Origin: Nitrospinales bacterium
Lineage (GTDB): Bacteria; Nitrospinota; Nitrospinia; Nitrospinales; VA-1
Direction: 5' to 3'
DNA: 64,000 nucleotides
NCBI GenBank assembly: GCA_047610985.1
Contig: JBLFWU010000010.1
Location: 6,502 to 70,501 of the forward strand
The notes under the pieces were generated by a model. That model searched no databases, was not told where the DNA came from, and saw only the letters and a list, made by a program, of their open reading frames with translations. Shown here one piece after another: positions 48,390-57,689 of the stretch (the stretch's first letter is position 1; each line of letters opens with the position of its first letter). Both the position numbers and the translations under genes were made by a program.

Positions 48390-50585
48390 TTAGCTTTTTT
48401 CTATTAAACTCTCGCGGACCTTTTTAAGAAGGCCGACATTTTGTGTGTGTCCAGACTTATAGGCTTTTATTTTTCCACGGATGGGTTTCCCTAATAAATA
48501 AAAATCCCCCAATATGTCGAGAATTTTATGACGTGCAAACTCATCTTTGAAACGTAACTTGGTGTTTAAAACCTTTTTGTCTCCAAGCAAAATAAAATTG
48601 TCGAGTTTACCTCCTGAAGCATAACCCATTTTAGTTAACTGTGCGACCTCTTCCATGAACCCGAAAGTGCGAGCTGGGGCGATTTCCTTTTTAAAGCTTT
48701 CATCGCCGTCAAATTCATAGGTGAAATCCTGCACTCCTATGGGTTCAGGGTATTCCATGTGGTAGCTGACTGAAAATTTCTCACTGGGTTCGATAGAAAT
48801 ATAAGGTTCACCTTTTTCCTTGTCACCAAAAGAATACCTTTTGTCGACCACAATCTCTTCATAAAAGTCGTCCTGGTCTTCAAACTCTCCATCTTCCAGG
48901 AGTTCGCAAAAATCTTTAGCCGAACCATCCATCACCGGTGCCTCATCCCCAATTTTTATAAGAAGGTTAGTGACTCGGTACATATGTAAAGTGGCCATGA
49001 TATGTTCAATGGTTCCAACTGAGTTGGCACCTTTTTTCAGGCAGGTGGAATAATCTGTAGACTGGACATTTTCCAATTGAGCGGGGATGGTTTTTCCAGA
49101 TGCGATATCACCAAATATAATTCCGCTTCCAGTGGGCATGGGTTGTAGAATCAGTCCGGTTTTTATGCCTGAGTGCAAGCTGCTTCCGCAAAGAACGACA
49201 CTGCGCTTTAAAGTCCGCTGTGGATACCTTTTTTGAGAGGGTGCGGTAACATTTTCCTGCATCTCGATTGAATGGTATTTTAGTTTTTCCTGGAATTGTT
49301 TTTTGCTCGTTTTTAAAACTTTGCAGGTTTCATCAATGTCCCAGTTGTTTCGTTTTAAATGGTGGAGAATGAAATGTTTCTCCCAGATTAATTCGGCTTC
49401 CTTTAACGACCCGGCTTCGTTTAAGGTTGTTATCTCAATTTGGTTTTGCGGTTTCCAAATTTCAGTTGGTAAGTCCTGAACACTAATTGTTTGTTGGTTA
49501 GCGCAGGTCCGTATCAGTTTTTCCAAAACACCATGAAGCTCTTTAATATTTCCTGGCCAGCTATAACCACAAAGTGCTGTTAGAACCTCTTCATCTATTT
49601 CCGGGATGAAAGTGTGACGCCTTGTTTCCTCAAGGTAGTCCTTGGCAATTAAGGAAATGCTGGCTGTATGATTTCTTAAAGGGGGAATGAGAAGGTTGGT
49701 ATTTTTGAAAGCATCCAGCAGGCCTTGGTGGAACTGTCCTTTGGCTACTAATTCATCAAGGTTTTTCGAAGATGATGCAAAAAGCCGGACGGGTAAAAAC
49801 TCAAAATTTGTATCAGGAAGGTTGGTGTTTTGTAATGCTTCCGCGAGTTTTTCCTGAAGCCCCTTACTTAGAGATTCTATATTGCTTAGATAAACGACCT
49901 TTTCTCCAGAGGTAGGATGGGTTTTGTTATCTCTATCTTTTCTTTTGAAAAGTTGCGATTGGATAGCCTGCTTTTGTCTGAATAAACAATTTAATTTTAT
50001 AAAAGGTCGATCACCTTTTCTACTTTGAGCATGAATAGTCTGAGCGACAGATGCTTTACCCGTCCCGATTTCACCCAATAGCAAAACGGGTTCCATGGAT
50101 TTTGAGAATGCTTTGATGCCTTTTTTGATTTCAACCATCGATTCAAAACAAACTGGAAGTTCTTTCGAAGCCTGAGAGGGTTTGATTTCCACAAGTGGAA
50201 CTGAGTTTTCTGAATGGAGGGCATTTTCAACGGACTCGGTGATTCGGTCGAGCGAGAACGGTTTTTCTATGAAGTCTTGAGCGCCCAGTTTTGTCGCTTT
50301 GACTGCGGTATCTATAGTCCCATGGCCCGACATGATTAAAACTTTTACTCCGGGATTGTATGTTTTTAAAGTTTTTAAAACTTCAATCCCATCCATGCCG
50401 GGAAGCCATATGTCGAGCAATACCAGATCTGGAGGATCTTTTTGAATTATTTCCAAAGCCTCCACACCGTCGTCGGTCATAGATACTTCATAGCCTTCGT
50501 CCGACAGTATCCCGGTGAGAGAACTGACAATATTTTTTTCGTCATCAACGATAAGAATGCGTTCTTTAGGCAATCTTTTCTCCAA
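48390..50585 (-). CDS. lpxC: Fusion of NtrX-like receiver, degenerate sigma54-activator AAA+ domain and Fis-type HTH with LpxC deacetylase
   Basis: N-term ILIVDDE, LLDIW, MSGHG, FIEKPF; GEIGTGK, IPPLR, WPGNIKEL; HTH region. From residue ~456: QRTL, LHSG, TIEHIMATL, PVMDGS, APARTFG, ARHKILDILGD, GH. One continuous ORF. Confidence 0.93.
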   Translation of the reverse strand: MEKRLPKERILIVDDEKNIVSSLTGILSDEGYEVSMTDDGVEALEIIQKDPPDLVLLDIWLPGMDGIEVLKTLKTYNPGVKVLIMSGHGTIDTAVKATKLGAQDFIEKPFSLDRITESVENALHSENSVPLVEIKPSQASKELPVCFESMVEIKKGIKAFSKSMEPVLLLGEIGTGKASVAQTIHAQSRKGDRPFIKLNCLFRQKQAIQSQLFKRKDRDNKTHPTSGEKVVYLSNIESLSKGLQEKLAEALQNTNLPDTNFEFLPVRLFASSSKNLDELVAKGQFHQGLLDAFKNTNLLIPPLRNHTASISLIAKDYLEETRRHTFIPEIDEEVLTALCGYSWPGNIKELHGVLEKLIRTCANQQTISVQDLPTEIWKPQNQIEITTLNEAGSLKEAELIWEKHFILHHLKRNNWDIDETCKVLKTSKKQFQEKLKYHSIEMQENVTAPSQKRYPQRTLKRSVVLCGSSLHSGIKTGLILQPMPTGSGIIFGDIASGKTIPAQLENVQSTDYSTCLKKGANSVGTIEHIMATLHMYRVTNLLIKIGDEAPVMDGSAKDFCELLEDGEFEDQDDFYEEIVVDKRYSFGDKEKGEPYISIEPSEKFSVSYHMEYPEPIGVQDFTYEFDGDESFKKEIAPARTFGFMEEVAQLTKMGYASGGKLDNFILLGDKKVLNTKLRFKDEFARHKILDILGDFYLLGKPIRGKIKAYKSGHTQNVGLLKKVRESLIEKS

Positions 50586-50591
50586 ATGGTT

Positions 50592-51242
50592 TCAGGTGAC
50601 AGGGCTTACAGCGGCAACTCGCATGTATTCCAGATAAAATATTTTATCACCTGCATTGATAAAGTTTTTTTCATATTTTGATTTGGGCAAATCAATTCGC
50701 TCTTCAAGAAAACCCTGTTTGTCTTCCAGGTTTTGCAGCAAAGCCTCAGCATTAAAATATTCCAGCATTTCCATTGCATAGCTTTCGCTATCAGTTGCTA
50801 GGCAGGCTCTTCCTTCCAAATTCAATTTTTGGGCCAGTTGATTGACAAAATCTGGCTTGATCAGTCTTCTTTTAGTATGCCTTTTTTTTGGCCATGGGTC
50901 AGGAAAATTTATATAAACAGTATTTAACTCTCTATCTTGAAATAGTACTGAGAGTTTACTCCTGATGTCCCCATAAACGACCCGTATGTTTTCCAACTGA
51001 AGTTTTTTAATGCGGGTCATCAACTTTCTTATCCCTTTATGATAAAAGTCGATCCCTATAAAATTACTGGTGGGCTCTTTGGCTGCCATTTCGATTAAAA
51101 AGTTTCCCATCCCAAAACCGATTTCGAGCTTAAGGGGATTGGAATTTCCAAACTGGCTTTGCCAGTCCGGCTTTTTATCAATATCTAGATAATAAGGGTC
51201 TTCTTCCGCAATTTGGGCTAAAGATATTAAAGGTTTTCCCAT
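50592..51242 (-). CDS. trmB: tRNA (guanine-N7)-methyltransferase
   Basis: LEIGFGMG, NFPDPWPKKRH.KRR, ATD, SKYE. Confidence 0.95.
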   Translation of the reverse strand: MGKPLISLAQIAEEDPYYLDIDKKPDWQSQFGNSNPLKLEIGFGMGNFLIEMAAKEPTSNFIGIDFYHKGIRKLMTRIKKLQLENIRVVYGDIRSKLSVLFQDRELNTVYINFPDPWPKKRHTKRRLIKPDFVNQLAQKLNLEGRACLATDSESYAMEMLEYFNAEALLQNLEDKQGFLEERIDLPKSKYEKNFINAGDKIFYLEYMRVAAVSPVT

Positions 51243-51739
51243 TAGCTTGAAGCAGAGTTCTGTTTTTCTAAGTTTTCGTGAATGGTTACCACCTTTAAAA
51301 CTTCGAATTCCAATTTATTGTCAGGCAGTGAAATGATAAGGTCATCACCCTTCTGTTTGCCAACTAGAGCGCGACCCACGGGCGATGCCGCAGATAATTT
51401 TCTTTCATCAGGATTAACCTCTTCAGGAAAAACCAGATGATACTGAACTTCTTCACCTGTGTTGATGTCGCGAAGAAACAGTGTGCTTCCTAACCCAGAG
51501 CGGTCATTGGGGATTTTTTTCAAATCAATAGAAGTGATGTCACTAATTCTTTTTTGTAAAAGAGATATTCTGGATTCCAGAAACATCTGTCTTTCCTTTG
51601 CAGCTTTAAATTCTGCATTCTCGCTTAAGTCGCCATGCTCGCGTGCAGTTTTTATAGCTTTGGGTATGTCTACCTGCAATTCGTGATGCGACTCTTTTAA
51701 CTCCTGATCCAGCTTGTCTACTATGGGAAGTCGCGGCAT
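51242..51739 (-). CDS. greA: Transcription elongation factor GreA
   Basis: AREHGDLSENAEFKAAKE, SPVGRAL. Start at MPRL with GGAG upstream (track 51772). Confidence 0.93.
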   Translation of the reverse strand: MPRLPIVDKLDQELKESHHELQVDIPKAIKTAREHGDLSENAEFKAAKERQMFLESRISLLQKRISDITSIDLKKIPNDRSGLGSTLFLRDINTGEEVQYHLVFPEEVNPDERKLSAASPVGRALVGKQKGDDLIISLPDNKLEFEVLKVVTIHENLEKQNSASS

Positions 51740-52176
51740 ATCGAATTCATCTCCAAAATTAAAGCGATCCAAATACTTTTCTGATAGCTGTTTCCATCAA
51801 GAAAAAGCATTTGCACACGGTTATAAGCCACTACGATATGAAATAAAAGGGTTCTGGGGATTATTTGATGAATCCGGGAAGCCAAATTTCTAAATCATTT
51901 TAATGCGAACCTTAATATGAAAAAGGCAGTTCATTGTAGGGGGTGAATTGCTTTGCGGTCAACAAAAATTTATGCTTTGAAAATTAAGACCAAAATGAAC
52001 TGAGGTCATGTGTGATAGAGGTTTAAATGCTTGACCTGTAAGGAGATAAGCGGATAAAATGATTAATTAGTCTTTTTAGACATAATGTAAGGCTTGAGAG
52101 CAGTTATTTTGCTTTTCGAGTATCGATCTTTAGAGTCTAGGGTTACTCTGGTAGAGGTTGAGTATAATTCTAGCAG

Positions 52177-53040
52177 TTGGGTAAAGTGAAAGAGAAACTT
52201 TTAAACTTATTAGAAACAAAGGGAGATTTACCACCTTTATCAGATGTCCTTCTGAATCTGGAAAATCGGGTGAATGACCCCAGTAGTGATATCGAGGAGA
52301 TTTCTGGCCTCATTCAAACCGAACCGGTTTTGTCGGGGAGGTTGATAAAACTGTCTAATAGCGTGCTTTTTGGCGGCGGAAGAGATGATGTCCATGACTT
52401 AAGCCAAGCAATTATGCGGCTAGGGATGAAGATGGTGCTCGATCTGGCTTATACTCTGGAACTTCCGAAAGCTTTTAAAAAGTCTAAATCCTTTGATCAT
52501 ATTCAGTTTTGGAAACATTCGTTGGGAGTAGCCTATTTGTCCAGATCCTTGGCTATCCATATAGGTTCTCAAAAAGAAGATCTGGATGCGAGTTATCTTG
52601 CCGGCCTCATGCACGATGTGGGAATTCTTGTTTTTGACTATTTGATACCTGAAGAATATTCAGATTTTATTAAGACTGTGGCGGAGAGTGAAAGAACCTT
52701 GGGGGAATTAGAATTTGAAAAATTTGGCATTTCCCATTCCGAGTTAGGTGCAGAATTTATTGGCAAATGGTGGCCGGTCTCAGAAATTGTAGTGAAGTCC
52801 GTGAGAAGGCATCATAATCTACCTCCAAAAAAGAAAATCAAACCGGGAGTTCCTCGTTTGGTGAACTGGGCCAACCAAATTGCCAGTAATAATGAGATGC
52901 AGAATGGGATAGCTATGCATTTCCATCCTCTGGATGGAAACATTTTCCCGAGGTTAAAATTAAATCAGGAAGAATTGGAAGTAATGGTGGATAAAACTAA
53001 AGAAGGGGTAGAAGCTGCCGACATGATCTTAAGAAGTTAG
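52177..53040 (+). CDS. HDOD domain protein
   Basis: LPPLS, EPVLSGRLIKLSNS, FWKHS, AGLMHDVG, SHSELG, RHH. Confidence 0.92.
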   Translation: MGKVKEKLLNLLETKGDLPPLSDVLLNLENRVNDPSSDIEEISGLIQTEPVLSGRLIKLSNSVLFGGGRDDVHDLSQAIMRLGMKMVLDLAYTLELPKAFKKSKSFDHIQFWKHSLGVAYLSRSLAIHIGSQKEDLDASYLAGLMHDVGILVFDYLIPEEYSDFIKTVAESERTLGELEFEKFGISHSELGAEFIGKWWPVSEIVVKSVRRHHNLPPKKKIKPGVPRLVNWANQIASNNEMQNGIAMHFHPLDGNIFPRLKLNQEELEVMVDKTKEGVEAADMILRS

Positions 53041-53058
53041 TGATTCGGTGAAGAGAGT

Positions 53059-53087
53059 TTTACAAATCCGGAAAAAATTGCTATAAT
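53059..53087 (+). promoter_or_regulatory. Candidate sigma70 promoter with extended -10
   Basis: TTTACA-N17-TATAAT with TGc immediately before the -10. Confidence 0.6.
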
Positions 53088-53123
53088 TTCGCGTTTAACC
53101 CAATAAATCAAATAACTTCCTGA

Positions 53124-54116
53124 ATGGGAAGTAAGCCATTTATGACAGAAAATGTATTTAAAGTAAATTTTCACGGAGTGAGGGGTTCCATCCCCAGTCC
53201 TTTAACACCTGAAGAGGTGGAAGAAAAGCTGTTGCGCGCTTGCCAAAAAGCACAGCCAGAGGACTTGAAGGATGAAAATTCCATACGTGATTTTGTCAGT
53301 AGTCTTCCTAATGAAATCAAAGGGACTTTTGGGGGTAACTCCTCCTGTGTCTCCATGGAAGTGAATGGCGAACGCCTGATTTTCGATGCAGGTTCTGGAA
53401 TCAGAATGCTGGGTCAGAGTTTAATGGGTTCCGAATTTGGCCGTGGTCAGGGGAAAGCCAATTTGTTTTTTTCTCATACCCATTGGGATCATATTCTTGG
53501 CATTCCCTTCTTCGTTCCTTTTTATATCAAAGGCAACCAGTTCACCGTCAACAGTCCACTGCCAGATATCAGAGAGCGTCTTGAAGGTCAACAGAAACCC
53601 GAATATTTCCCCATTCCATTTAGTATTTACGCGTCAGATATTGATTTTGAGGTTTTGGAGAACAAGACAGAACGTAAGATCGGCGATTTGACCGTTACTT
53701 GGAAAAGTATGTACCATCCGGGGCAGTGTTATGCATACAGGGTTGATTGCGGTGGTAAATCCGTTGTGTATGCTACCGATGCAGAATATAAAAAATTAGG
53801 GTCCGGCGATTTAAAACCAGCTGTTGAATTTTTCAAAGATGCCGACCTTTTGATTTTCGATTCCATGTATACCTTTAGTGAAGGTCTTGAAAAAGAAGAT
53901 TGGGGACATAGCTCAACTTTTATCGGTGTTGATTTGGCGGTGGAAGCGAATGTAAAACAAATTGCATTCTTTCATCACGAACCTACCTATAGCGATTTTA
54001 AACTAGCCGATATTTTCAAACAGACTGAAAAATACCTGAAACTGGTAGCCCCAAAACAGGAACTTAAAATGCTCTTGTCCTACGAAGGCCTTACCATAGA
54101 CCTGCTTCAAGAATAG
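53124..54116 (+). CDS. MBL-fold metallo-hydrolase (phosphodiesterase / RNase Z-like)
   Basis: GVRGSIP, GGNSSC, DAGSG, SHTHWDH, TDAE, WGHS, FHHEP. Confidence 0.9.
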   Translation: MGSKPFMTENVFKVNFHGVRGSIPSPLTPEEVEEKLLRACQKAQPEDLKDENSIRDFVSSLPNEIKGTFGGNSSCVSMEVNGERLIFDAGSGIRMLGQSLMGSEFGRGQGKANLFFSHTHWDHILGIPFFVPFYIKGNQFTVNSPLPDIRERLEGQQKPEYFPIPFSIYASDIDFEVLENKTERKIGDLTVTWKSMYHPGQCYAYRVDCGGKSVVYATDAEYKKLGSGDLKPAVEFFKDADLLIFDSMYTFSEGLEKEDWGHSSTFIGVDLAVEANVKQIAFFHHEPTYSDFKLADIFKQTEKYLKLVAPKQELKMLLSYEGLTIDLLQE

Positions 54117-54152
54117 TTCAGCGCAAAGCTGAGCACCCTGGGTCTATTCTTT

Positions 54153-55169
54153 CTACCCCATGTTTAACACAATTTTATCTTCTTTCGCTGCGGCTTCGAG
54201 AGCGGCTTGCGCTTCTTCCAGGGGGCGGGTTGAGCTGATGAGGGATTTTAGTTTTTGCTGATGCGATTGGATGATTTTCAGTGCAGGTTCAAAAGGGCCG
54301 CACCGCGAGCCTTGCAATCTTATTTCATCCACCACAAGTTGCGTCATATCGAGCCCCGTGGCGGGCAACCCGCAAGTGGTTTTGCAAGCAATTGTTCCCT
54401 GCGGCCGCACCAACTTTAAAGCCTGAGTAATACCATCGGGATTGCCCGTGGTATCAACGACCATTTCTGCGCCTAATCCTTCTGTCTCATTATAAACTTT
54501 ATCCATCGCATCTTCAGGCGCGAAAGCGTGTTGTGCCCCGAATTGTATTGCGCGATTTCTTTTTATTTCACTTCGCGATACGGTAATGGTTTTTATTCCT
54601 TTTAATGATGCCGCAAAAATAATAAGGATGCCGAGTCTGCCGGGTCCGATCACCACCAGGGTATCGTCTTTTTGCATTGGTGACATCACGAACGTTTGTA
54701 GAGCTGCGGCTAGAGGTTCAGTGAGTGTTGCTATGAGTGGATCTACATTCGAGGGTATTTCATGCAGTGCGCCCGCGGCTACTTTCACTTCATCTGCGAA
54801 GGCTCCGCTATGGTTTATGATTCCTGTTACGGTTCGCGTCTGGCAATGTGAGGGCACGCCTTTTTTGCAGGCGATGCATAAATCCTTTTTTTCATAAGCC
54901 AAACAGGTGTTGTTGATTTCTGCCGTCACCGATTTGCCTATCCATTTGGGGTCTACTCCATCCCCCGTTTCTGTGACTTGTCCCATAAACTCGTGTCCAC
55001 AAACATGGGGTAGGGGAACCGGATAGTCGCCATAGAACAGGGCAAGGTCGGTACCGCAAATTCCGGCGTGTTGAACCTGAATGATAGCTTCACCGGGTCC
55101 CACCTTTAAGTGTTCGCGTTCGACTAGCTCTATTTGGCCTGGTGATTTTAGTTGCGCAATTCGTGGCAT
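54153..55169 (-). CDS. Zn-dependent medium-chain dehydrogenase
   Basis: GICGTD, GHEF, EPLAAA, GPGRLG, GSRCGPF. Confidence 0.92.
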   Translation of the reverse strand: MPRIAQLKSPGQIELVEREHLKVGPGEAIIQVQHAGICGTDLALFYGDYPVPLPHVCGHEFMGQVTETGDGVDPKWIGKSVTAEINNTCLAYEKKDLCIACKKGVPSHCQTRTVTGIINHSGAFADEVKVAAGALHEIPSNVDPLIATLTEPLAAALQTFVMSPMQKDDTLVVIGPGRLGILIIFAASLKGIKTITVSRSEIKRNRAIQFGAQHAFAPEDAMDKVYNETEGLGAEMVVDTTGNPDGITQALKLVRPQGTIACKTTCGLPATGLDMTQLVVDEIRLQGSRCGPFEPALKIIQSHQQKLKSLISSTRPLEEAQAALEAAAKEDKIVLNMG

Positions 55170-55200
55170 GGCGAGATTTTGGAATTAGAGGAGAAACGGT

Positions 55201-55929
55201 TTAATGGTTAGGCTTTCCTTTTTGCTTGTCTCTCCAGATAATTAGCCAGTGTTGCAGAAGTTTGATGGGTTGTGTGCCGCGGAATTTGCGGCGTTTGATT
55301 TTTGGTGTAGCGTCGTGTTGAAGTTTGGCAATGACAGTGGCCCCCACTGCTTCTTCGATAACGACTCCACGTTGTGCGTGCTCCAGATTTTTGGATTCAC
55401 AGACACCTCGGAATGACACCACCATCCGGCAGTCGAGAGGCCGGTCTTCATAAATCCGACAGGCACCTTCATCACTCAGGAACGGGCACGGCTGGTTGAT
55501 GACGAGACGATGCCAGTCCACTTGATCGAGATTTTTACCTGCATCGACTACTTCTTCAACTTTCTTAATTGTTCGTTGTGATTTTTCGACTATCTCGTCC
55601 AGGTCGATGCCGTTCTCCTCGGCATTCTTCAGGATGCCGTCCCATTCCATTTGTGTGCAGGTGACCCCTGTGTGACAACAATGGTCGCAACCGCGATGAC
55701 ATTGCAAGGGCGGAACCCCTTCATGATAGACCTTTTCGAGATGCTTCCAGAACATTTTGAGAGGCGAGGTCTTTGCTAATTTTGCCTGGTCTTTAGAAAA
55801 CTCGACAAGAGTTTCATAAGTTTGTTGTATCTGGTGTTCGGGGAATTTGTGCTGAAGGAATTTGCCCAGCTCATCGGTATGGGTCATACCATAGATGAAC
55901 ATTCCATTTTGATCGGTTTGTAGGGACAT
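55201..55929 (-). CDS. YkgJ family (CxxGCxxCC) cysteine-cluster protein
   Basis: CHRGCDHCC, CPFL...GACRIYEDRPLDCR. Confidence 0.88.
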   Translation of the reverse strand: MSLQTDQNGMFIYGMTHTDELGKFLQHKFPEHQIQQTYETLVEFSKDQAKLAKTSPLKMFWKHLEKVYHEGVPPLQCHRGCDHCCHTGVTCTQMEWDGILKNAEENGIDLDEIVEKSQRTIKKVEEVVDAGKNLDQVDWHRLVINQPCPFLSDEGACRIYEDRPLDCRMVVSFRGVCESKNLEHAQRGVVIEEAVGATVIAKLQHDATPKIKRRKFRGTQPIKLLQHWLIIWRDKQKGKPNH

Positions 55930-55995
55930 GGTTTTTTTGAGAGGTTTTTATATCCAGAAGCTAGAAGATATTTGTATCGCTATAAGGGAATAGAC

Positions 55996-56412
55996 CTATT
56001 GGCCTGCAGGGCCTGCCCCGCCTTTTGATTTGGCAACGTATTTCATTTGAAGTTCATAGACCAACTGTTCGAGCAGTTTGTTTTCTTCTGCATTGAGGTT
56101 GCCTTGTGTTTTTTCTCTCAGCATGGTCAGCATATCAATGGTCTGATGAACGGCTGGCAGGTTGGTTTCTGTTTTGCCGGTTTCCGGATCGGCGATGTCA
56201 CCCAAATGATAAAATGCGGACGAAGTTAGCGACATTATAAATGTAGAGAAATCGATCTGAAAAGGTTGTTGGTGTTGATGATCGGCTCCTGCTTCGCCAG
56301 GTGTAGAACTTTCCTGGATATCGTGGGTCTCTGCTTCCTCTTCAGAAAGTTGCGAGGACCGGTTGTCCTTTATTACAAACTCATCTCCCTCAGCTTTATT
56401 TTCATCACTCAT
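55996..56412 (-). CDS. DUF1844 domain protein
   Basis: IDFSTFIMSL...LG...P.TG...IDMLTMLREKTQGNL...EL. Confidence 0.88.
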   Translation of the reverse strand: MSDENKAEGDEFVIKDNRSSQLSEEEAETHDIQESSTPGEAGADHQHQQPFQIDFSTFIMSLTSSAFYHLGDIADPETGKTETNLPAVHQTIDMLTMLREKTQGNLNAEENKLLEQLVYELQMKYVAKSKGGAGPAGQ

Positions 56413-56436
56413 AATTCACCTTCTATAAAAAGATTT

Positions 56437-56670
56437 TTAAGAATCTTTCTCATCCCCCATTAGGAGTGGAACGGAAAAACCCAGTACAATCATAATGAGT
56501 CCCAGCATAAGGGATAAATAGCCACTTCCCTCAATAAATTCCATATAAGTTTTTCCCAGAATCGGCCATTGTCGGATGATGCCAACGACTACAAAAATTG
56601 AGCCAAGAGCAAACAGAATCTTTTGGGTGCATTGAATGCTTTTCGCTTCAGTATCTATTTCTTGTGACAT
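56437..56670 (-). CDS. Small two-TM membrane protein
   Basis: Two hydrophobic helices, co-directional with neighbours. Confidence 0.65.
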   Translation of the reverse strand: MSQEIDTEAKSIQCTQKILFALGSIFVVVGIIRQWPILGKTYMEFIEGSGYLSLMLGLIMIVLGFSVPLLMGDEKDS

Positions 56671-56825
56671 AGAAGTGGTAAGGCAATACTACGGCCAATG
56701 GGTGTGAAATTGTAGATAAAAAATGCTGGTTGCCGTAAGGGAACAAACTTGGATTGATGTTAGCAAATGGCCCTTTTCATGTCAAAATATTAGTGTTGTT
56801 TTACCTGTTCTGATAACATTGCCAT

Positions 56826-57689
56826 ATGATGCGATTTATCTTCGGACTATTATTGATAACCACTTTTTTATATGGCTGTTCCAGCCGACGTCTGGCTGTT
56901 CAGGCCACCTTGCCTCTTATTTCCAGTCAAATCATTTCGATGCAGGAAGAAAGAGATGCAGATCTTGCTGAAAAAGCTATTCCTGCTAGTCTAAAAATGC
57001 TGGAGGGTCTCGCAAAAGAAGACCCGGAGAATATATGGATTTTGCAAAAACTTGCAGAAGGATTTTGTGGGTATGCGTTTAGTTTTCTCGAAGACAGCGA
57101 ACCTGACCGGGCTTCTGGATTATTTTTGCGCGGCAAGGACTATGCGTTCCGTGCTTTGGAGATTCAGAGCAATGGTAAGGCGTGGAGAGGACTTTCTTTG
57201 GATGAGTGGTCCAAAAGATTGGCAGAGGTAACCCCTTTGGAGCAACCGGCATTATTCTGGGCAGGGCAATGTTGGGGAAGCTGGTTGTCATTGAACTTGG
57301 ATTCGGTGGAGGCTTTCAGCAGTTTGCCTCGAATAGATGGAATGATGAACCGTGCAGTTGAGTTGGACCCGGATTTTCATTATGCGGGGCCACATTTGTT
57401 TTTGGGTGCCTATTATGGAGGGCGAAGTCCAATGTTAGGGGGTAACTCGGACAAAGCCAGAAACCATTTCGAACAAGCACTGAGAATAACGGAGGGAAAA
57501 TACCTCCTGGTTTCATTTCTCTATGCCAAAACTTATGCGGTACAAAATCAGGACCAGAAACTATTCAAAGCACAATTAGAAAAAGTTCTCGAAGCTTCAG
57601 ATGATATTTTGCCTGAACAACGTTTGGCCAACCAGATTGCAAAGCGAAAAGCGGCAGTCTTACTAGGGAAAATTGATGAACTATTTTAA
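56826..57689 (+). CDS. TRAP transporter TatT component (TPAT system lipoprotein)
   Basis: Lipobox LYGC, DADLA..AIPASLKMLEGL, YAFSF, SPMLGG, LANQIAK. Confidence 0.85.
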   Translation: MMRFIFGLLLITTFLYGCSSRRLAVQATLPLISSQIISMQEERDADLAEKAIPASLKMLEGLAKEDPENIWILQKLAEGFCGYAFSFLEDSEPDRASGLFLRGKDYAFRALEIQSNGKAWRGLSLDEWSKRLAEVTPLEQPALFWAGQCWGSWLSLNLDSVEAFSSLPRIDGMMNRAVELDPDFHYAGPHLFLGAYYGGRSPMLGGNSDKARNHFEQALRITEGKYLLVSFLYAKTYAVQNQDQKLFKAQLEKVLEASDDILPEQRLANQIAKRKAAVLLGKIDELF

